This document shows positions 42,621 to 58,000 of a stretch of DNA of 64,000 nucleotides, piece by piece (the first letter of the stretch is position 1; each line of letters begins with the position of its first letter). A program made the position numbers and the translations under genes. A model generated the notes under the pieces. It worked only from the letters and a program-made list of their open reading frames with translations. It ran no database searches and was not told the origin of the DNA. Source of the stretch: the human T2T-CHM13v2.0 reference genome, Homo sapiens; NCBI GenBank assembly GCA_009914755.4, contig CP086569.2, positions 40,512,001-40,576,000 of the forward strand, given 5' to 3'.

Positions 42621-45600
42621 GGAATCGAACCACAAGGAATGGACAGGAATAGAATGGTCTCGAATTGAATGGAATCGTATGGAATGGCATCAAACGGAAT
42701 GGAATGGACAGCCACGGAATGGAATGCACTCGAATGCAATGGAGTCGAAACTAATGGACTGGAATAGAATGGACTCGACTGGTACGGACTCCAATGTAAT
42801 GGAATCGAATGGAAGGGAATCGAACGGAAGGGAATCGAACGGAATGGACTCGAAGGGAAAAGACTGCAATGGAAAGGTCTCGAATGGAATGGAAATTAAT
42901 GGAATGGAATGGAATCGAATGAAATGGAGTCAAAAGGAATGGAATCGAATGGCAAGAAATCGAATGTAATGGAATCGCCAGGAATTGATGTGAACGGAAC
43001 GGAATGGAATGGAATCCAAAGGAATGGAATAGAATGGAATGGAATCGAATGGAAAGGACTCGAATGGAAATCACTCGAATAGAATGCAATTTAATAAAAT
43101 AGGATCAAATGTAATGGAATGGAATGGAAAGGAATCGAAAGAAAGGAATGGAGACAGATGGAATGGAATGGAACAGAGAACAATGGTATAGAATGGAATG
43201 GAATCATCTGGAATGGAATTGAATGGAATGGAATAATATGAAATGGAATGGAATGGAATGGAATGGAATGCCCTTGAATTAAATGGACTGGAATGGAATG
43301 GACTCAAACAGAGTGGAATGGAAAGTGTGGAGATAGAATGGAATGAACTCCTTTGGAATGGTGTAGTATGCAATGCAATCGACTGGCAGGGAATCAAAAG
43401 GAATGTAATCGAATGGATTGGACTGGAATGCAATGGACTCGAATAGATTGGAAACGGAATGCAAAGGAATGGAATGGAATAGTATGGAATGCAATGGAAG
43501 GGAATGGAGTGGAATAGACTAGAGTGGAATGGAATGGACTGGAAAGCAATGGACTGGAATGGAACTTTCTTGGATGGACTGGAATCAAACGGAATGGAAT
43601 GCAATGCAATCAAATGGCATGGAATAAAATAGAATGAAAGAGAATCAAATGGAATTGAATCGAATGGAATCGAATGGATTGGAAAGGAATAGAATGGAAT
43701 GGAATGGAATTGACTCAAATGGAATGGACTAGAATGGAATGGATTCGAATGGAAGGCAAAGGAATGGAATCTATTGGAATGGACTGTAATGGAATGGAAT
43801 GGAAGGGATTGGAATGGACTCGAATGGAATGGACTGCAATAGAAAGGATTCGAATGGAATGAAAAAGAATTGAATGGAATAGAACAGAATGGAATCAAAT
43901 CGAATGAAATGGAATGGAATAGAAAGGAATGGAATGAAATGGAATGGAAAGGATTCGAATGGAATGCAATCGAATGGAATGGAATCGAACGGAATGGAAT
44001 AAAATGGAAGAAAACTGGCAAGAAATGGAATCGAAATGAATGGAGTGTTATGGAACGGACTCAAAAGGAATTGAATGTAATAGAATGGAGTGGAGTGGAC
44101 TCGAATATAATGGACTGGAATGGAATGAAATCACATGGAATGGGAACGAATGGAATGGAATGGAAAGGAATGGAATCGAATGGAAAGGAATCGAATGGAA
44201 GGGAATGAAATTGAATCAACAGGAATGGAAGGGAATAGAATAGACGGTAATGGAATGGACTCGAATAGAATGGACACGAATGCTCAAATTAAATGGACTC
44301 GAATGGAATGGAAACGAAAGGAATGTCATCGAATGGAATTGAATCGATTGGAATGAAATCGCATAGAATGGAGTGGAATCAAATGGAATTGAATCGAAAG
44401 GAAAGGAAGCGAATGGACTGAAATGAAATGGAATGGAATTGAATGGAAAGTAATGCAATGGAATAGAATGGAACGAAATTTCACGGAATGGAATCAAACT
44501 GAATGGAATCAAATCAATGGAATCTAATCAAATGGAATGGAAAGGAATTGAATGGAGTAGATGGGATTGGATGGGATTGGAATGAAATGTACTGGAAAGG
44601 ACTCGAATTTCATGAAACGGAATGGAATGAATTGGAACGGAATGGACTCGAATGGAATGGAATGTCATGGGATGGCATCAAATGGAATGACATCAAATGG
44701 AATGGAATCGAATGCAATGGAATGCTATGGAATGGAATGGAATGCATTAGAATGGAATGTCCTCTAATGGAATGGATTCGAGTGGAATGGAATCGAATAT
44801 AATGGAGTCGAATGAAATGGAATTGAAAGGAATGGGATCGAATACAATGGAATATACTGGAATGTAACGTAATGAACTCGAATGTAATTGACTGGAATGG
44901 AATGTACATGAATGGAATGTAATCGAATGGAAAGTAATCGAATGGAATAGAATCTAATGCAATAAAATCGACTCAGATAGAGTAGAATGTAATGGAATGG
45001 AGTGCAGTGCAATGGAATGGAATGGAATGGAATGCAATGGAATGGAATGGAATGGAATGGAATGGAATGGAATGGGATGGAATGGTATGGAATGGATAGT
45101 AATGGACTGGAGTGAAATGGACTGGAAAGGAATGGACTCAAATTGAAAGGGCTCGAAAGGAATGGAGTCAAATGGAATGGTCTGGAATGGAATGAACACG
45201 AATGTAATGCAACCCAATAGAATGGAATCGAATGGCATGGAATATAAAGAAATGGAATCGAAGAGAATGGAAACAAATGGAATGGAATTGAATGGAATGG
45301 AATTGAATGGAATGGGAACGAATGGAGTGAAATTGTATGCAGTAGAAGAGAATAGAATGGAATGCAAGCGAAAGGAAAGGAATGGATTGGAATGGAATGG
45401 AATTCATTGGAATGGAAGGGAATGTAGTGTAATGGACAGGCCTGGAATAAAGTGGAATGCTACGGTCTCGAATGGAATAAAAATGTATGGAATGGAATGC
45501 AATGAAACGGAATCGAATGTCATAGAATGTAATGGAATGCAAAAAAATGGAATCCAAAATCATTGACTGGAAAGGCTGGGTGTCGAAAGGAATTGACTCC

Positions 45601-46178
45601 AATGGAATGGAATCGAATGAAATGGAAGTGAATAGAATCGAACTAAATCGAATGGAATGGAATTGATAGGAACGGAATGGAAAGGAATGCAATGATTTGG
45701 CATGGAATGGAATCGAATGGCATCGAATGGAATGGAATGGAATGCAATGGAATGGAATGTATTAGAATGTAATGAACTTTAATGGAATGTACTCGAATGG
45801 ATTCGACTGGAATGGAATGTTCTGGAAGTGAATGGACTCCAATGGAATGGATTCCAAAGGAATGGAATCGTACGGAATGGAATCTAATGGAATGGAATTA
45901 AATGGAAATGAATCAAATTGAATAGCACGGAATTGAATTGAATGGAATGGAATGCAATGGAATCTAATGAAACGGAAAGGAAAGGAATGGAATGGAATGG
46001 AATGGGCTGGAATGGAAAGGAATCGAAACGAATGGAATGGAATCGAAGTGAAGAGACTGCAATGGAATGCACTGGAATGGAAAGTTCTCGAAAAAAATGG
46101 AATCGAATGGAATGGAATTGAATGGAACGGAATAGTGTCGAATGGAATTGAATGGAATGGAATGGACTAGAGTGAAAT
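42621..46178 (+). repeat. HOR unit 13 (3,558 bp)
   Basis: Landmark at 42621. Confidence 0.9.
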
Positions 46179-48797
46179 GGAATCGAACCACAAGGAATGG
46201 ACAGGAATAGAATGGTCTCGAATTGAATGGAATCGTATGGAATGGCATCAAACGGAATGGAATGGACAGCCACGGAATGGAATGCACTCGAATGCAATGG
46301 AGTCGAAACTAATGGACTGGAATAGAATGGACTCGACTGGTACGGACTCCAATGGAATGGAATCGAATGGAAGGGAATCGAACGGAAGGGAATCGAACGG
46401 AATGGACTCGAAGGGAAAAGACTGCAATGGAAAGGTCTCGAATTGAATGGAAATTAATGGAATGGAATGGAATCGAATGAAATGGAGTCAAAAGGAATGG
46501 AATCGAATGGCAAGAAATCGAATGTAATGGAATCGCCAGGAATTGATGTGAACGGAACGGAATGGAATGGAATCCAAAGGAATGGAATAGAATGGAATGG
46601 AATCGAATGGAAAGGACTCGAATGGAAATCACTCGAATAGAATGCAATTTAATAAAATAGGATCAAATGTAATGGAATGGAATGGAAAGGAATCGAAACG
46701 AAAGGAATGGAGACAGATGGAATGGAATGGAACAGAGAGCAATGGTATAGAATGGAATGGAATCATCTGGAATGGAATTGAATGGAATGGAATAATATGA
46801 AATGGAATGGAATGGAATGGAATGGAATGCCCTTGAATTAAATGGACTGGAATGGAATGGACTCAAACAGAGTGGAATGGAAAGTGTGGAGATAGAATGG
46901 AATGAACTCCTTTGGAATGGTGTAGTTTGCAATGCAATCGACTGGCAGGGAATCAAAAGGAATGTAATCGAATGGATTGGACTGGAATGCAATGGACTCG
47001 AATAGATTGGAAACGGAATGCAAAGGAATGGAATGGAATAGTATGGAATGCAATGGAAGGGAATGGAGTGGAATAGACTAGAGTGGAATGGAATGGACTG
47101 GAAAGCAATGGACTGGAATGGAACTTTCTTGGATGGACTGGAATCAAACGGAATGGAATGCAATGCAATCAAATGGCATGGAATAAAATAGAATGAAAGA
47201 GAATCAAATGGAATTGAATCGAATGGAATCGAATGGATTGGAAAGGAATAGAATGGAATGGAATGGAATTGACTCAAATGGAATGGACTAGAATGGAATG
47301 GATTCGAATGGAAGGCAAAGGAATGGAATCTATTGGAATGGACTGTAATGGAATGGAATGGAAGGGATTGGAATGGACTCGAATGGAATGGACTGCAATA
47401 GAAAGGATTCGAATGGAATGAAAAAGAATTGAATGGAATAGAACAGAATGGAATCAAATCGAATGAAATGGAATGGAATAGAAAGGAATGGAATGAAATG
47501 GAATGGAAAGGATTCGAATGGAATGCAATCGAATGGAATGGAATCGAACGGAATGGAATAAAATGGAAGAAAACTGGCAAGAAATGGAATCGAAATGAAT
47601 GGAGTGTTATGGAACGGACTCAAAAGGAATTGAATGTAACAGAATGGAGTGGAGTGGACTCGAATATAATGGACTGGAATGGAATGAAATCACATGGAAT
47701 GGGAACGAATGGAATGGAATGGAAAGGAATGGAATCGAATGGAAAGGAATCGAATGGAAGGGAATGAAATTGAATCAACAGGAATGGAAGGGAATAGAAT
47801 AGACTGTAATGGAATGGACTCGAATAGAATGGACACGAATGCTCAAATTAAATGGACTCGAATGGAATGGAAACGAAAGGAATGTCATCGAATGGAATTG
47901 AATCGATTGGAATGAAATCGCATAGAATGGAGTGGAATCAAATGGAATTGAATCGAAAGGAAAGGAAGCGAATGGACTGAAATGAAATGGAATGGAATTG
48001 AATGGAAAGTAATGCAATGGAATAGAATGGAACGAAATTTCACGGAATGGAATCAAACTGAATGGAATCAAATCAATGGAATCAAATCAAATGGAATGGA
48101 AAGGAATTGAATGGAGTAGATGGGATTGGATGGGATTGGAATGAAATGTACTGGAAAGGACTCGAATTTCATGAAACGGAATGGAATGAATTGGAACGGA
48201 ATGGACTCGAATGGAATGGAATGTCATGGGATGGCATCAAATGTAATGGCATCAAATGGAATGGAATCGAATGCAATGGAATGCTATGGAATGGAATGGA
48301 ATGCATTGGAATGGAATGTCCTCTAATGGAATGGATTCGAGTGGAATGGAATCGAATATAATGGAGTCGAATGAAATGGAATTGAAAGGAATGGGATCGA
48401 ATACAATGGAATATACTGGAATGTAACGTAATGAACTCGAATGTAATTGACTGGAATGGAATGTACATGAATGGAATGTAATCGAATGGAAAGTAATCGA
48501 ATGGAATAGAATCTAATGCAATAAAATCGACTCAGATAGAGTAGAATGTAATGGAATGGAGTGCAGTGCAATGGAATGGAATGGAATGGAATGCAATGGA
48601 ATGGAATGGGCTGGAATGGAAAGGAATCGAAACGAATGGAATGGAATCGAACTGAAGAGACTGGAATGGAATGCACTGGAATGGAAGGGAGTGTAATGGA
48701 AGGTTCTCGAAAAAAATGGAATCGAATGGAATGGAATTGAATGGAACGGAATAGAGTCGAATGGAATTGAATGGAATGGAATGGACTAGAGTGAAAT
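46179..48797 (+). repeat. HOR unit 14, short variant (2,619 bp) with a ~939 bp internal deletion
   Basis: Landmark at 46179 and the next at 48798. The segment from about HOR +2,420 to about +3,360 is absent. That segment normally holds the pure (GGAAT)n tract, the GGCC site and the ctgggtgtcgaaagg block. Confidence 0.88.
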
Positions 48798-51416
48798 GGA
48801 ATCGAACCACAAGGAATGGACAGGAATAGAATGGTCTCGAATTGAATGGAATCGTATGGAATGGCATCAAACGGAATGGAATGGACAGCCACGGAATGGA
48901 ATGCACTCGAATGCAATGGAGTCGAAACTAATGGACTGGAATAGAATGGACTCGACTGGTACGGACTCCAATGGAATGGAATCGAATGGAAGGGAATCGA
49001 ACGGAAGGGAATCGAACGGAATGGACTCGAAGGGAAAAGACTGCAATGGAAAGGTCTCGAATGGAATGGAAATTAATGGAATGGAATGGAATCGAATGAA
49101 ATGGAGTCAAAAGGAATCGAATCGAATGGCAAGAAATCGAATGTAATGGAATCGCAAGGAATTGATGTGAACGGAACGGAATGGAATGGAATCCAAAGGA
49201 ATGGAATAGAATGGAATGGAATCGAATGGAAAGGACTCGAATGGAAATCACTCGAATAGAATGCAATTTAATAAAATAGGATCAAATGTAATGGAATGGA
49301 ATGGAAAGGAATCGAAACGAAAGGAATGGAGACAGATGGAATGGAATGGAACAGAGAGCAATGGTATAGAATGGAATGGAATCATCTGGAATGGAATTGA
49401 ATGGAATGGAATAATATGAAATGGAATGGAATGGAATGGAATGGAATGCCCTTGAATTAAATGGACTGGAATGGAATGGACTCAAACAGAGTGGAATGGA
49501 AAGTGTGGAGATAGAATGGAATGAACTCCTTTGGAATGGTGTAGTATGCAATGCAATCGACTGGCAGGGAATCAAAAGGAATGTAATCGAATGGATTGGA
49601 CTGGAATGCAATGGACTCGAATAGATTGGAAACGGAATGCAAAGGAATGGAATGGAATAGTATGGAATGCAATGGAAGGGAATGGAGTGGAATAGACTAG
49701 AGTGGAATGGAATGGACTGGAAAGCAATGGACTGGAATGGAACTTTCTTGGATGGACTGGAATCAAACGGAATGGAATGCAATGCAATCAAATGGCATGG
49801 AATAAAATAGAATGAAAGAGAATCAAATGGAATTGAATCGAATGGAATCGAATGGATTGGAAAGGAATAGAATGGAATGGAATGGAATTGACTCAAATGG
49901 AATGGACTAGAATGGAATGGATTCGAATGGAAGGCAAAGGAATGGAATCTATTGGAATGGACTGTAATGGAATGGAATGGAAGGGATTGGAATGGACTCG
50001 AATGGAATGGACTGCAATAGAAAGGATTCGAATGGAATGAAAAAGAATTGAATGGAATAGAACAGAATGGAATCAAATCGAATGAAATGGAATGGAATAG
50101 AAAGGAATGGAATGAAATGGAATGGAAAGGATTCGAATGGAATGCAATCGAATGGAATGGAATCGAACGGAATGGAATAAAATGGAAGAAAACTGGCAAG
50201 AAATGGAATCGAAATGAATGGAGTGTTATGGAACGGACTCAAAAGGAATTGAATGTAACAGAATGGAGTGGAGTGGACTCGAATATAATGGACTGGAATG
50301 GAATGAAATCACATGGAATGGGAACGAATGGAATGGAATGGAAAGGAATGGAATCGAATGGAAAGGAATCGAATGGAAGGGAATGAAATTGAATCAACAG
50401 GAATGGAAGGGAATAGAATAGACTGTAATGGAATGGACTCGAATAGAATGGACACGAATGCTCAAATTAAATGGACTCGAATGGAATGGAAACGAAAGGA
50501 ATGTCATCGAATGGAATTGAATCGATTGGAATGAAATCGCATAGAATGGAGTGGAATCAAATGGAATTGAATCGAAAGGAAAGGAAGCGAATGGACTGAA
50601 ATGAAATGGAATGGAATTGAATGGAAAGTAATGCAATGGAATAGAATGGAACGAAATTTCACGGAATGGAATCAAACTGAATGGAATCAAATCAATGGAA
50701 TCAAATCAAATGGAATGGAAAGGAATTGAATGGAGTAGATGGGATTGGATGGGATTGGAATGAAATGTACTGGAAAGGACTCGAATTTCATGAAACGGAA
50801 TGGAATGAATTGGAACGGAATGGACTCGAATGGAATGGAATGTCATGGGATGGCATCAAATGTAATGGCATCAAATGGAATGGAATCGAATGCAATGGAA
50901 TGCTATGGAATGGAATGGAATGCATTGGAATGGAATGTCCTCTAATGGAATGGATTCGAGTGGAATGGAATCGAATATAATGGAGTCGAATGAAATGGAA
51001 TTGAAAGGAATGGGATCGAATACAATGGAATATACTGGAATGTAACGTAATGAACTCGAATGTAATTGACTGGAATGGAATGTACATGAATGGAATGTAA
51101 TCGAATGGAAAGTAATCGAATGGAATAGAATCTAATGCAATAAAATCGACTCAGATAGAGTAGAATGTAATGGAATGGAGTGCAGTGCAATGGAATGGAA
51201 TGGAATGGAATGCAATGGAATGGAATGGGCTGGAATGGAAAGGAATCGAAACGAATGGAATGGAATCGAACTGAAGAGACTGGAATGGAATGCACTGGAA
51301 TGGAAGGGAGTGTAATGGAAGGTTCTCGAAAAAAATGGAATCGAATGGAATGGAATTGAATGGAACGGAATAGAGTCGAATGGAATTGAATGGAATGGAA
51401 TGGACTAGAGTGAAAT
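48798..51416 (+). repeat. HOR unit 15, short variant (2,619 bp); near-identical tandem copy of unit 14
   Basis: Landmark at 48798. Artefact ORFs 48323..48916 and 50942..51535 are identical at an offset of exactly 2,619 bp. Confidence 0.88.
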
Positions 51417-54400
51417 GGAATCGAACCACAAGGAATGGACAGGAATAGAATGGTCTCGAATTGAATGGAATCGTATGGAATGGCATCAAACGGAATGGAA
51501 TGGACAGCCACGGAATGGAATGCACTCGAATGCAATGGAGTCGAAACTAATGGACTGGAATAGAATGGACTCGACTGGTACGGACTCCAATGGAATGGAA
51601 TCGAATGGAAGGGAATCGAACGGAAGGGAATCGAACGGAATGGACTCGAAGGGAAAAGACTGCAATGGAAAGGTCTCGAATGGAATGGAAATTAATGGAA
51701 TGGAATGGAATCGAATGAAATGGAGTCAAAAGGAATCGAATCGAATGGCAAGAAATCGAATGTAATGGAATCGCCAGGAATTGATGTGAACGGAACGGAA
51801 TGGAATGGAATCCAAAGGAATGGAATAGAATGGAATGGAATCGAATGGAAAGGACTCGAATGGAAATCACTCGAATAGAATGCAATTTAATAAAATAGGA
51901 TCAAATGTAATGGAATGGAATGGAAAGGAATCGAAACGAAAGGAATGGAGACAGATGGAATGGAATGGAACAGAGAGCAATGGTATAGAATGGAATGGAA
52001 TCATCTGGAATGGAATTGAATGGAATGGAATAATATGAAATGGAATGGAATGGAATGGAATGGAATGCCCTTGAATTAAATGGACTGGAATGGAATGGAC
52101 TCAAACAGAGTGGAATGGAAAGTGTGGAGATAGAATGGAATGAACTCCTTTGGAATGGTGTAGTATGCAATGCAATAGACTGGCAGGGAATCAAAAGGAA
52201 TGTAATCGAATGGATTGGACTGGAATGCAATGGACTCGAATAGATTGGAAACGGAATGCAAAGGAATGGAATGGAATAGTATGGAATGCAATGGAAGGGA
52301 ATGGAGTGGAATAGACTAGAGTGGAATGGAATGGACTGGAAAGCAATGGACTGGAATGGAACTTTCTTGGATGGACTGGAATCAAACGGAATGGAATGCA
52401 ATGCAGTCAAATGGCATGGAATAAAATAGAATGAAAGAGAATCAAATGGAATTGAATCGAATGGAATCGAATGGATTGGAAAGGAATAGAATGGAATGGA
52501 ATGGAATTGACTCAAATGGAATGGACTAGATTGGAATGGATTCGAATGGAAGGCAAAGGAATGGAATCTATTGGAATGGACTGTAATGGAATGGAATGGA
52601 AGGGATTGGAATGGACTCGAATGGAATGGACTGCAATAGAAAGGATTCGAATGGAATGAAAAAGAATTGAATGGAATAGAACAGAATGGAATCAAATCGA
52701 ATGAAATGGAATGGAATAGAAAGGAATGGAATGAAATGGAATGGAAAGGATTCGAATGGAATGCAATCGAATGGAATGGAATCGAACGGAATGGAATAAA
52801 ATGGAAGAAAACTGGCAAGAAATGGAATCGAAATGAATGGAGTGTTATGGAACGGACTCAAAAGGAATTGAATGTAACAGAATGGAGTGGAGTGGACTCG
52901 AATATAATGGACTGGAATGGAATGAAATCACATGGAATGGGAACGAATGGAATGGAATGGAAAGGAATGGAATCGAATGGAAAGGAATCGAATGGAAGGG
53001 AATGAAATTGAATCAACAGGAATGGAAGGGAATAGAATAGACGGTAATGGAATGGACTCGAATAGAATGGACACGAATGCTCAAATTAAATGGACTCGAA
53101 TGGAATGGAAACGAAAGGAATGTCATCGAATGGAATTGAATCGATTGCAATGAAATCGCATAGAATGGAGTGGAATCAAATGGAATTGAATCGAAAGGAA
53201 AGGAAGCGAATGGACTGAAATGAAATGGAATGGAATTGAATGGAAAGTAATGCAATGGAATAGAATGGAACGAAATTTCACGGAATGGAATCAAACTGAA
53301 TGGAATCAAATCAATGGAATCAAATCAAATGGAATGGAAAGGAATTGAATGGAGTAGATGGGATTGGATGGGATTGGAATGAAATGTACTGGAAAGGACT
53401 CGAATTTCATGAAACGGAATGGAATGAATTGGAACGGAATGGACTCGAATGGAATGGAATGTCATGGGATGGCATCAAATGTAATGGCATCAAATGGAAT
53501 GGAATCGAATGCAATGGAATGCTATGGAATGGAATGGAATGCATTGGAATGGAATGTCCTCTAATGGAATGGATTCGAGTGGAATGGAATTGAATATAAT
53601 GGAGTCGAATGAAATGGAATTGAAAGGAATGGGATCGAATACAATGGAATATACTGGAATGTAACGTTATGAACTCGAATGTAATTGACTGGAATGGAAT
53701 GTACATGAATGGAATGTAATCGAATGGAAAGTAATCCAATGGAATAGAATCTAATGCAATAAAATCGACTCAGATAGAGTAGAATGTAATGGAATGGAGT
53801 GCAGTGCAATGGAATGGAATGGAATGGAATGCAATGGAATGGAATGGAATGGAATGGAATGGAATGGAATGGAATGGAATGGAATGGGATGGAATGGTAT
53901 GGAATGGATAGTAATGGACTGGAGTGAAATGGACTGGAAAGGAATGGACTCAAATTGAAAGGGCTCGAAAGGAATGGAGTCAAATGGAATGGTCTGGAAT
54001 GGAATGAACACGAATGTAATGCAACCCAATAGAATGGAATCGAATGGCATGGAATATAAAGAAATGGAATCGAAGAGAATGGAAACAAATGGAATGGAAT
54101 TGAATGGAATGGAATTGAATGGAATGGGAACGAATGGAGGGAAATTGTATGCAGTAGAAGAGAATAGAATGGAATGCAAGCGAAAGGAAAGGAATGGATT
54201 GGAATGGAATGGAATTCATTGGAATGGAAGGGAATGTAGTGTAATGGACAGGCCTGGAATAAAGTGGAATGCTACGGTCTCGAATGGAATAAAAATACAT
54301 GGAATGGAATGCAATGAAACGGAATCGAATGTCATAGAATGTAATGGAATGCAAAAAAATGGAATCCAAAATCATTGACTGGAAAGTCTGGGAGTCGAAA

Positions 54401-55005
54401 GGAATTGACTCCAATGGAATGGAATCGAATGGAATGGAAGTGAATAGAATCGAACTAAATCGAATGGAATGGAATTGATAGGAACGGAATGGAAAGGAAT
54501 GCAATGATTTGGCATGGAATGGAATCGAATGGCATCGAATGGAATGGAATGGAATGCAATGGAATGGAATGTATTAGAATGTAATGAACTTTAATGGAAT
54601 GTACTCGAATGGATTCGACTGGAATGGAATGTTCTGGAAGTGAATGGACTCCAATGGAATGGATTCAAAAGGAATGGAATCGTACGGAATGGAATCTAAT
54701 GGAATGGAATTAAATGGAAATGAATCAAATTGAATAGCACGGAATTAAATTGAATGGAATCGAATGCAATGGAATCTAATGAAACGGAAAGGAAAGGAAT
54801 GCAATGGAATGGAATGGGCTGGAATGGAAAGGAATCGAAACGAATGGAATGGAATCGAACTGAAGAGACTGGAATGGAATGCACTGGAATGGAAGGGAGT
54901 GTAATGGAAGGTTCTCGAAAAAAATGGAATCGAATGGAATGGAATTGAATGGAACGGAATAGAGTCGAATGGAATTGAATGGAATGGAATGGACTAGAGT
55001 GAAAT
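51417..55005 (+). repeat. HOR unit 16 (3,589 bp, longest; long pure (GGAAT)n tract around 53835-53886)
   Basis: Landmark at 51417. It is full length again, with a GGCC site near 54251. Confidence 0.9.
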
Positions 55006-58000
55006 GGAATCGAACCACAAGGAATGGACAGGAATAGAATGGTCTCGAATTGAATGGAATCGTATGGAATGGCATCAAACGGAATGGAATGGACAGCCAC
55101 GGAATGGAATGCACTCGAATGCAATGGAGTCGAAACTAATGGACTGGAATAGAATGGACTCGACTGGTACGGACTCCAATGGAATGGAATCGAATGGAAG
55201 GGAATCGAACGGAAGGGAATCGAACGGAATGGACTCGAAGGGAAAAGACTGCAATGGAAAGGTCTCGAATGGAATGGAAATTAATGGAATGGAATGGAAT
55301 CGAATGAAATGGAGTCAAAAGGAATCGAATCGAATGGCAAGAAATCGAATGTAATGGAATCGCCAGGAATTGTTGTGAACGGAACGGAATGGAATAGAAT
55401 CCAAAGGAATGGAATAGAATGGAATGGAATCGAATGGAAAGGACTCGAATGGAAATCACTCGAATAGAATGCAATTTAATAAAATAGGATCAAATGTAAT
55501 GGAATGGAATGGAAAGGAATCGAAACGAAAGGAATGGAGACAGATGGAATGGAATGGAACAGAGAGCAATGGTATAGAATGGAATGGAATCATCTGGAAT
55601 GGAATTGAATGGAATGGAATAATATGAAATGGAATGGAATGGAATGGAATGGAATGCCCTTGAATTAAATGGACTGGAATGGAATGGACTCAAACAGACT
55701 GGAATGGAAAGTGTGGAGATAGAATGGAATGAACTCCTTTGGAATGGTGTAGTATGCAATGCAATAGACTGGCAGGGAATCAAAAGGAATGTAATCGAAT
55801 GGATTGGACTGGAATGCAATGGACTCGAATAGATTGGAAACGGAATGCAAAGGAATGGAATGGAATAGTATGGAATGCAATGGAAGGGAATGGAGTGGAA
55901 TAGACTAGAGTGGAATGGAATGGACTGGAAAGCAATGCACTGGAATGGAACTTTCTTGGATGGACTGGAATCAAACGGAATGGAATGCAATGCAATCAAA
56001 TGGCATGGAATAAAATAGAATGAAAGAGAATCAAATGGAATTGAATCGAATGGAATCGAATGGATTGGAAAGGAATAGAATGGAATGGAATGGAATTGAC
56101 TCAAATGGAATGGACTAGAATGGAATGGATTCGAATGGAAGGCAAAGGAATGGAATCTATTGGAATGGACTGTAATGGAATGGAATGGAAGGGATTGGAA
56201 TGGACTCGAATGGAATGGACTGCAATAGAAAGGATTCGAATGGAATGAAAAAGAATTGAATGGAATAGAACAGAATGGAATCAAATCGAATGAAATGGAA
56301 TGGAATAGAAAGGAATGGAATGAAATGCAATGGAAAGGATTCGAATGGAATGCAATCGAATGGAATGGAATCGAACGGAATGGAATAAAATGGAAGAAAA
56401 CTGGCAAGAAATGGAATCGAAATGAATGGAGTGTTATGGAACGGACTCAAAAGGAATTGAATGTAACAGAATGGAGTGGAGTGGACTCGAATATAATGGA
56501 CTGGAATGGAATGAAATCACATGGAATGGGAACGAATGGAATGGAATGGAAAGGAATGGAATCGAATGGAAAGGAATCGAATGGAAGGGAATGAAATTGA
56601 ATCAACAGGAATGGAAGGGAATAGAATAGACTGTAATGGAATGGACTCGAATAGAATGGACACGAATGCTCAAATTAAATGGACTCGAATGGAATGGAAA
56701 CGAAAGGAATGTCATCGAATGGAATTGAATCGATTGGAATGAAATCGCATAGAATGGAGTGGAATCAAATGGAATTGAATCGAAAGGAAAGGAAGCGAAT
56801 GGACTGAAATGAAATGGAATGGAATTGAATGGAAAGTAATGCAATGGAATAGAATGGAACGAAATTTCACGGAATGGAATCAAACTGAATGGAATCAAAT
56901 CAATGGAATCAAATCAAATGGAATGGAAAGGAATTGAATGGAGTAGATGGGATTGGATGGGATTGGAATGAAATGTACTGGAAAGGACTCGAATTTCATG
57001 AAACGGAATGGAATGAATTGGAACGGAATGGACTCGAATGGAATGGAATGTCATGGGATGGCATCAAATGTAATGGTATCAAATGGAATGGAATCGAATG
57101 CAATGGAATGCTATGGAATGGAATGGAATGCATTGGAATGGAATGTCCTCTAATGGAATGGATTCGAGTGGAATGGAATTGAATATAATGGAGTCGAATG
57201 AAATGGAATTGAAAGGAATGGGATCGAATACAATGGAATATACTGGAATGTAACGTAATGAACTCGAATGTAATTAACTGGAATGGAATGTACATGAATG
57301 GAATGTAATCGAATGGAAAGTAATCCAATGGAATAGAATCTAATGCAATAAAATCGACTCAGATAGAGTAGAATGTAATGGAATGGAGTGCAGTGAAATG
57401 GAATGGAATGGAATGGAATGCAATGGAATGGAATGGAATGGAATGGAATGGAATGGAATGGAATGGAATGGGATGGAATGGTATGGAATGGATAGTAATG
57501 GACTGGAGTGAAATGGACTGGAAAGGAATGGACTCAAATTGAAAGGGCTCGAAAGGAATGGAGTCAAATGGAATGGTCTGGAATGGAATGAACACGAATG
57601 TAATGCAACCCAATAGAATGGAATCGAATGGCATGGAATATAAAGAAATGGAATCGAAGAGAATGGAAACAAATGGAATGGAATTGAATGGAATGGGAAC
57701 GAATGGAGTGAAATTGTATGCAGTAGAAGAGAATAGAATGGAATGCAAGCGAAAGGAAAGGAATGGATTGGAATGGAATGGAATTCATTGGAATGGAAGG
57801 GAATGTAGTGTAATGGACAGGCCTGGAATAAAGTGGAATGCTACGGTCTCGAATGGAATAAAAATGTATGGAATGGAATGCAATGAAACGGAATCGAATG
57901 TCATAGAATGTAATGGAATGCAAAAAAATGGAATCCAAAATCATTGACTGGAAAGGCTGGGTGTCGAAAGGAATTGACTCCAATGGAATGGAATCGAATG

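Noticed and set aside
43071-44021. Longest ORF in the track (316 aa, - strand), together with many other ORFs of 250-313 aa (for example 3980..4921, 470..1387, 19733..20494), as candidate protein-coding genes
   Set aside because: The translations are pure pentapeptide-periodic IPFHS/IPFDS strings produced by ATTCC repeats. They recur once per HOR at fixed offsets. Their ends move with single-base indels, for example the 1-bp deletion caaagaatgg at about 15035 that fuses two ORFs. They have no start or RBS context and no domain-like composition. They are artefacts of a stop-free satellite.
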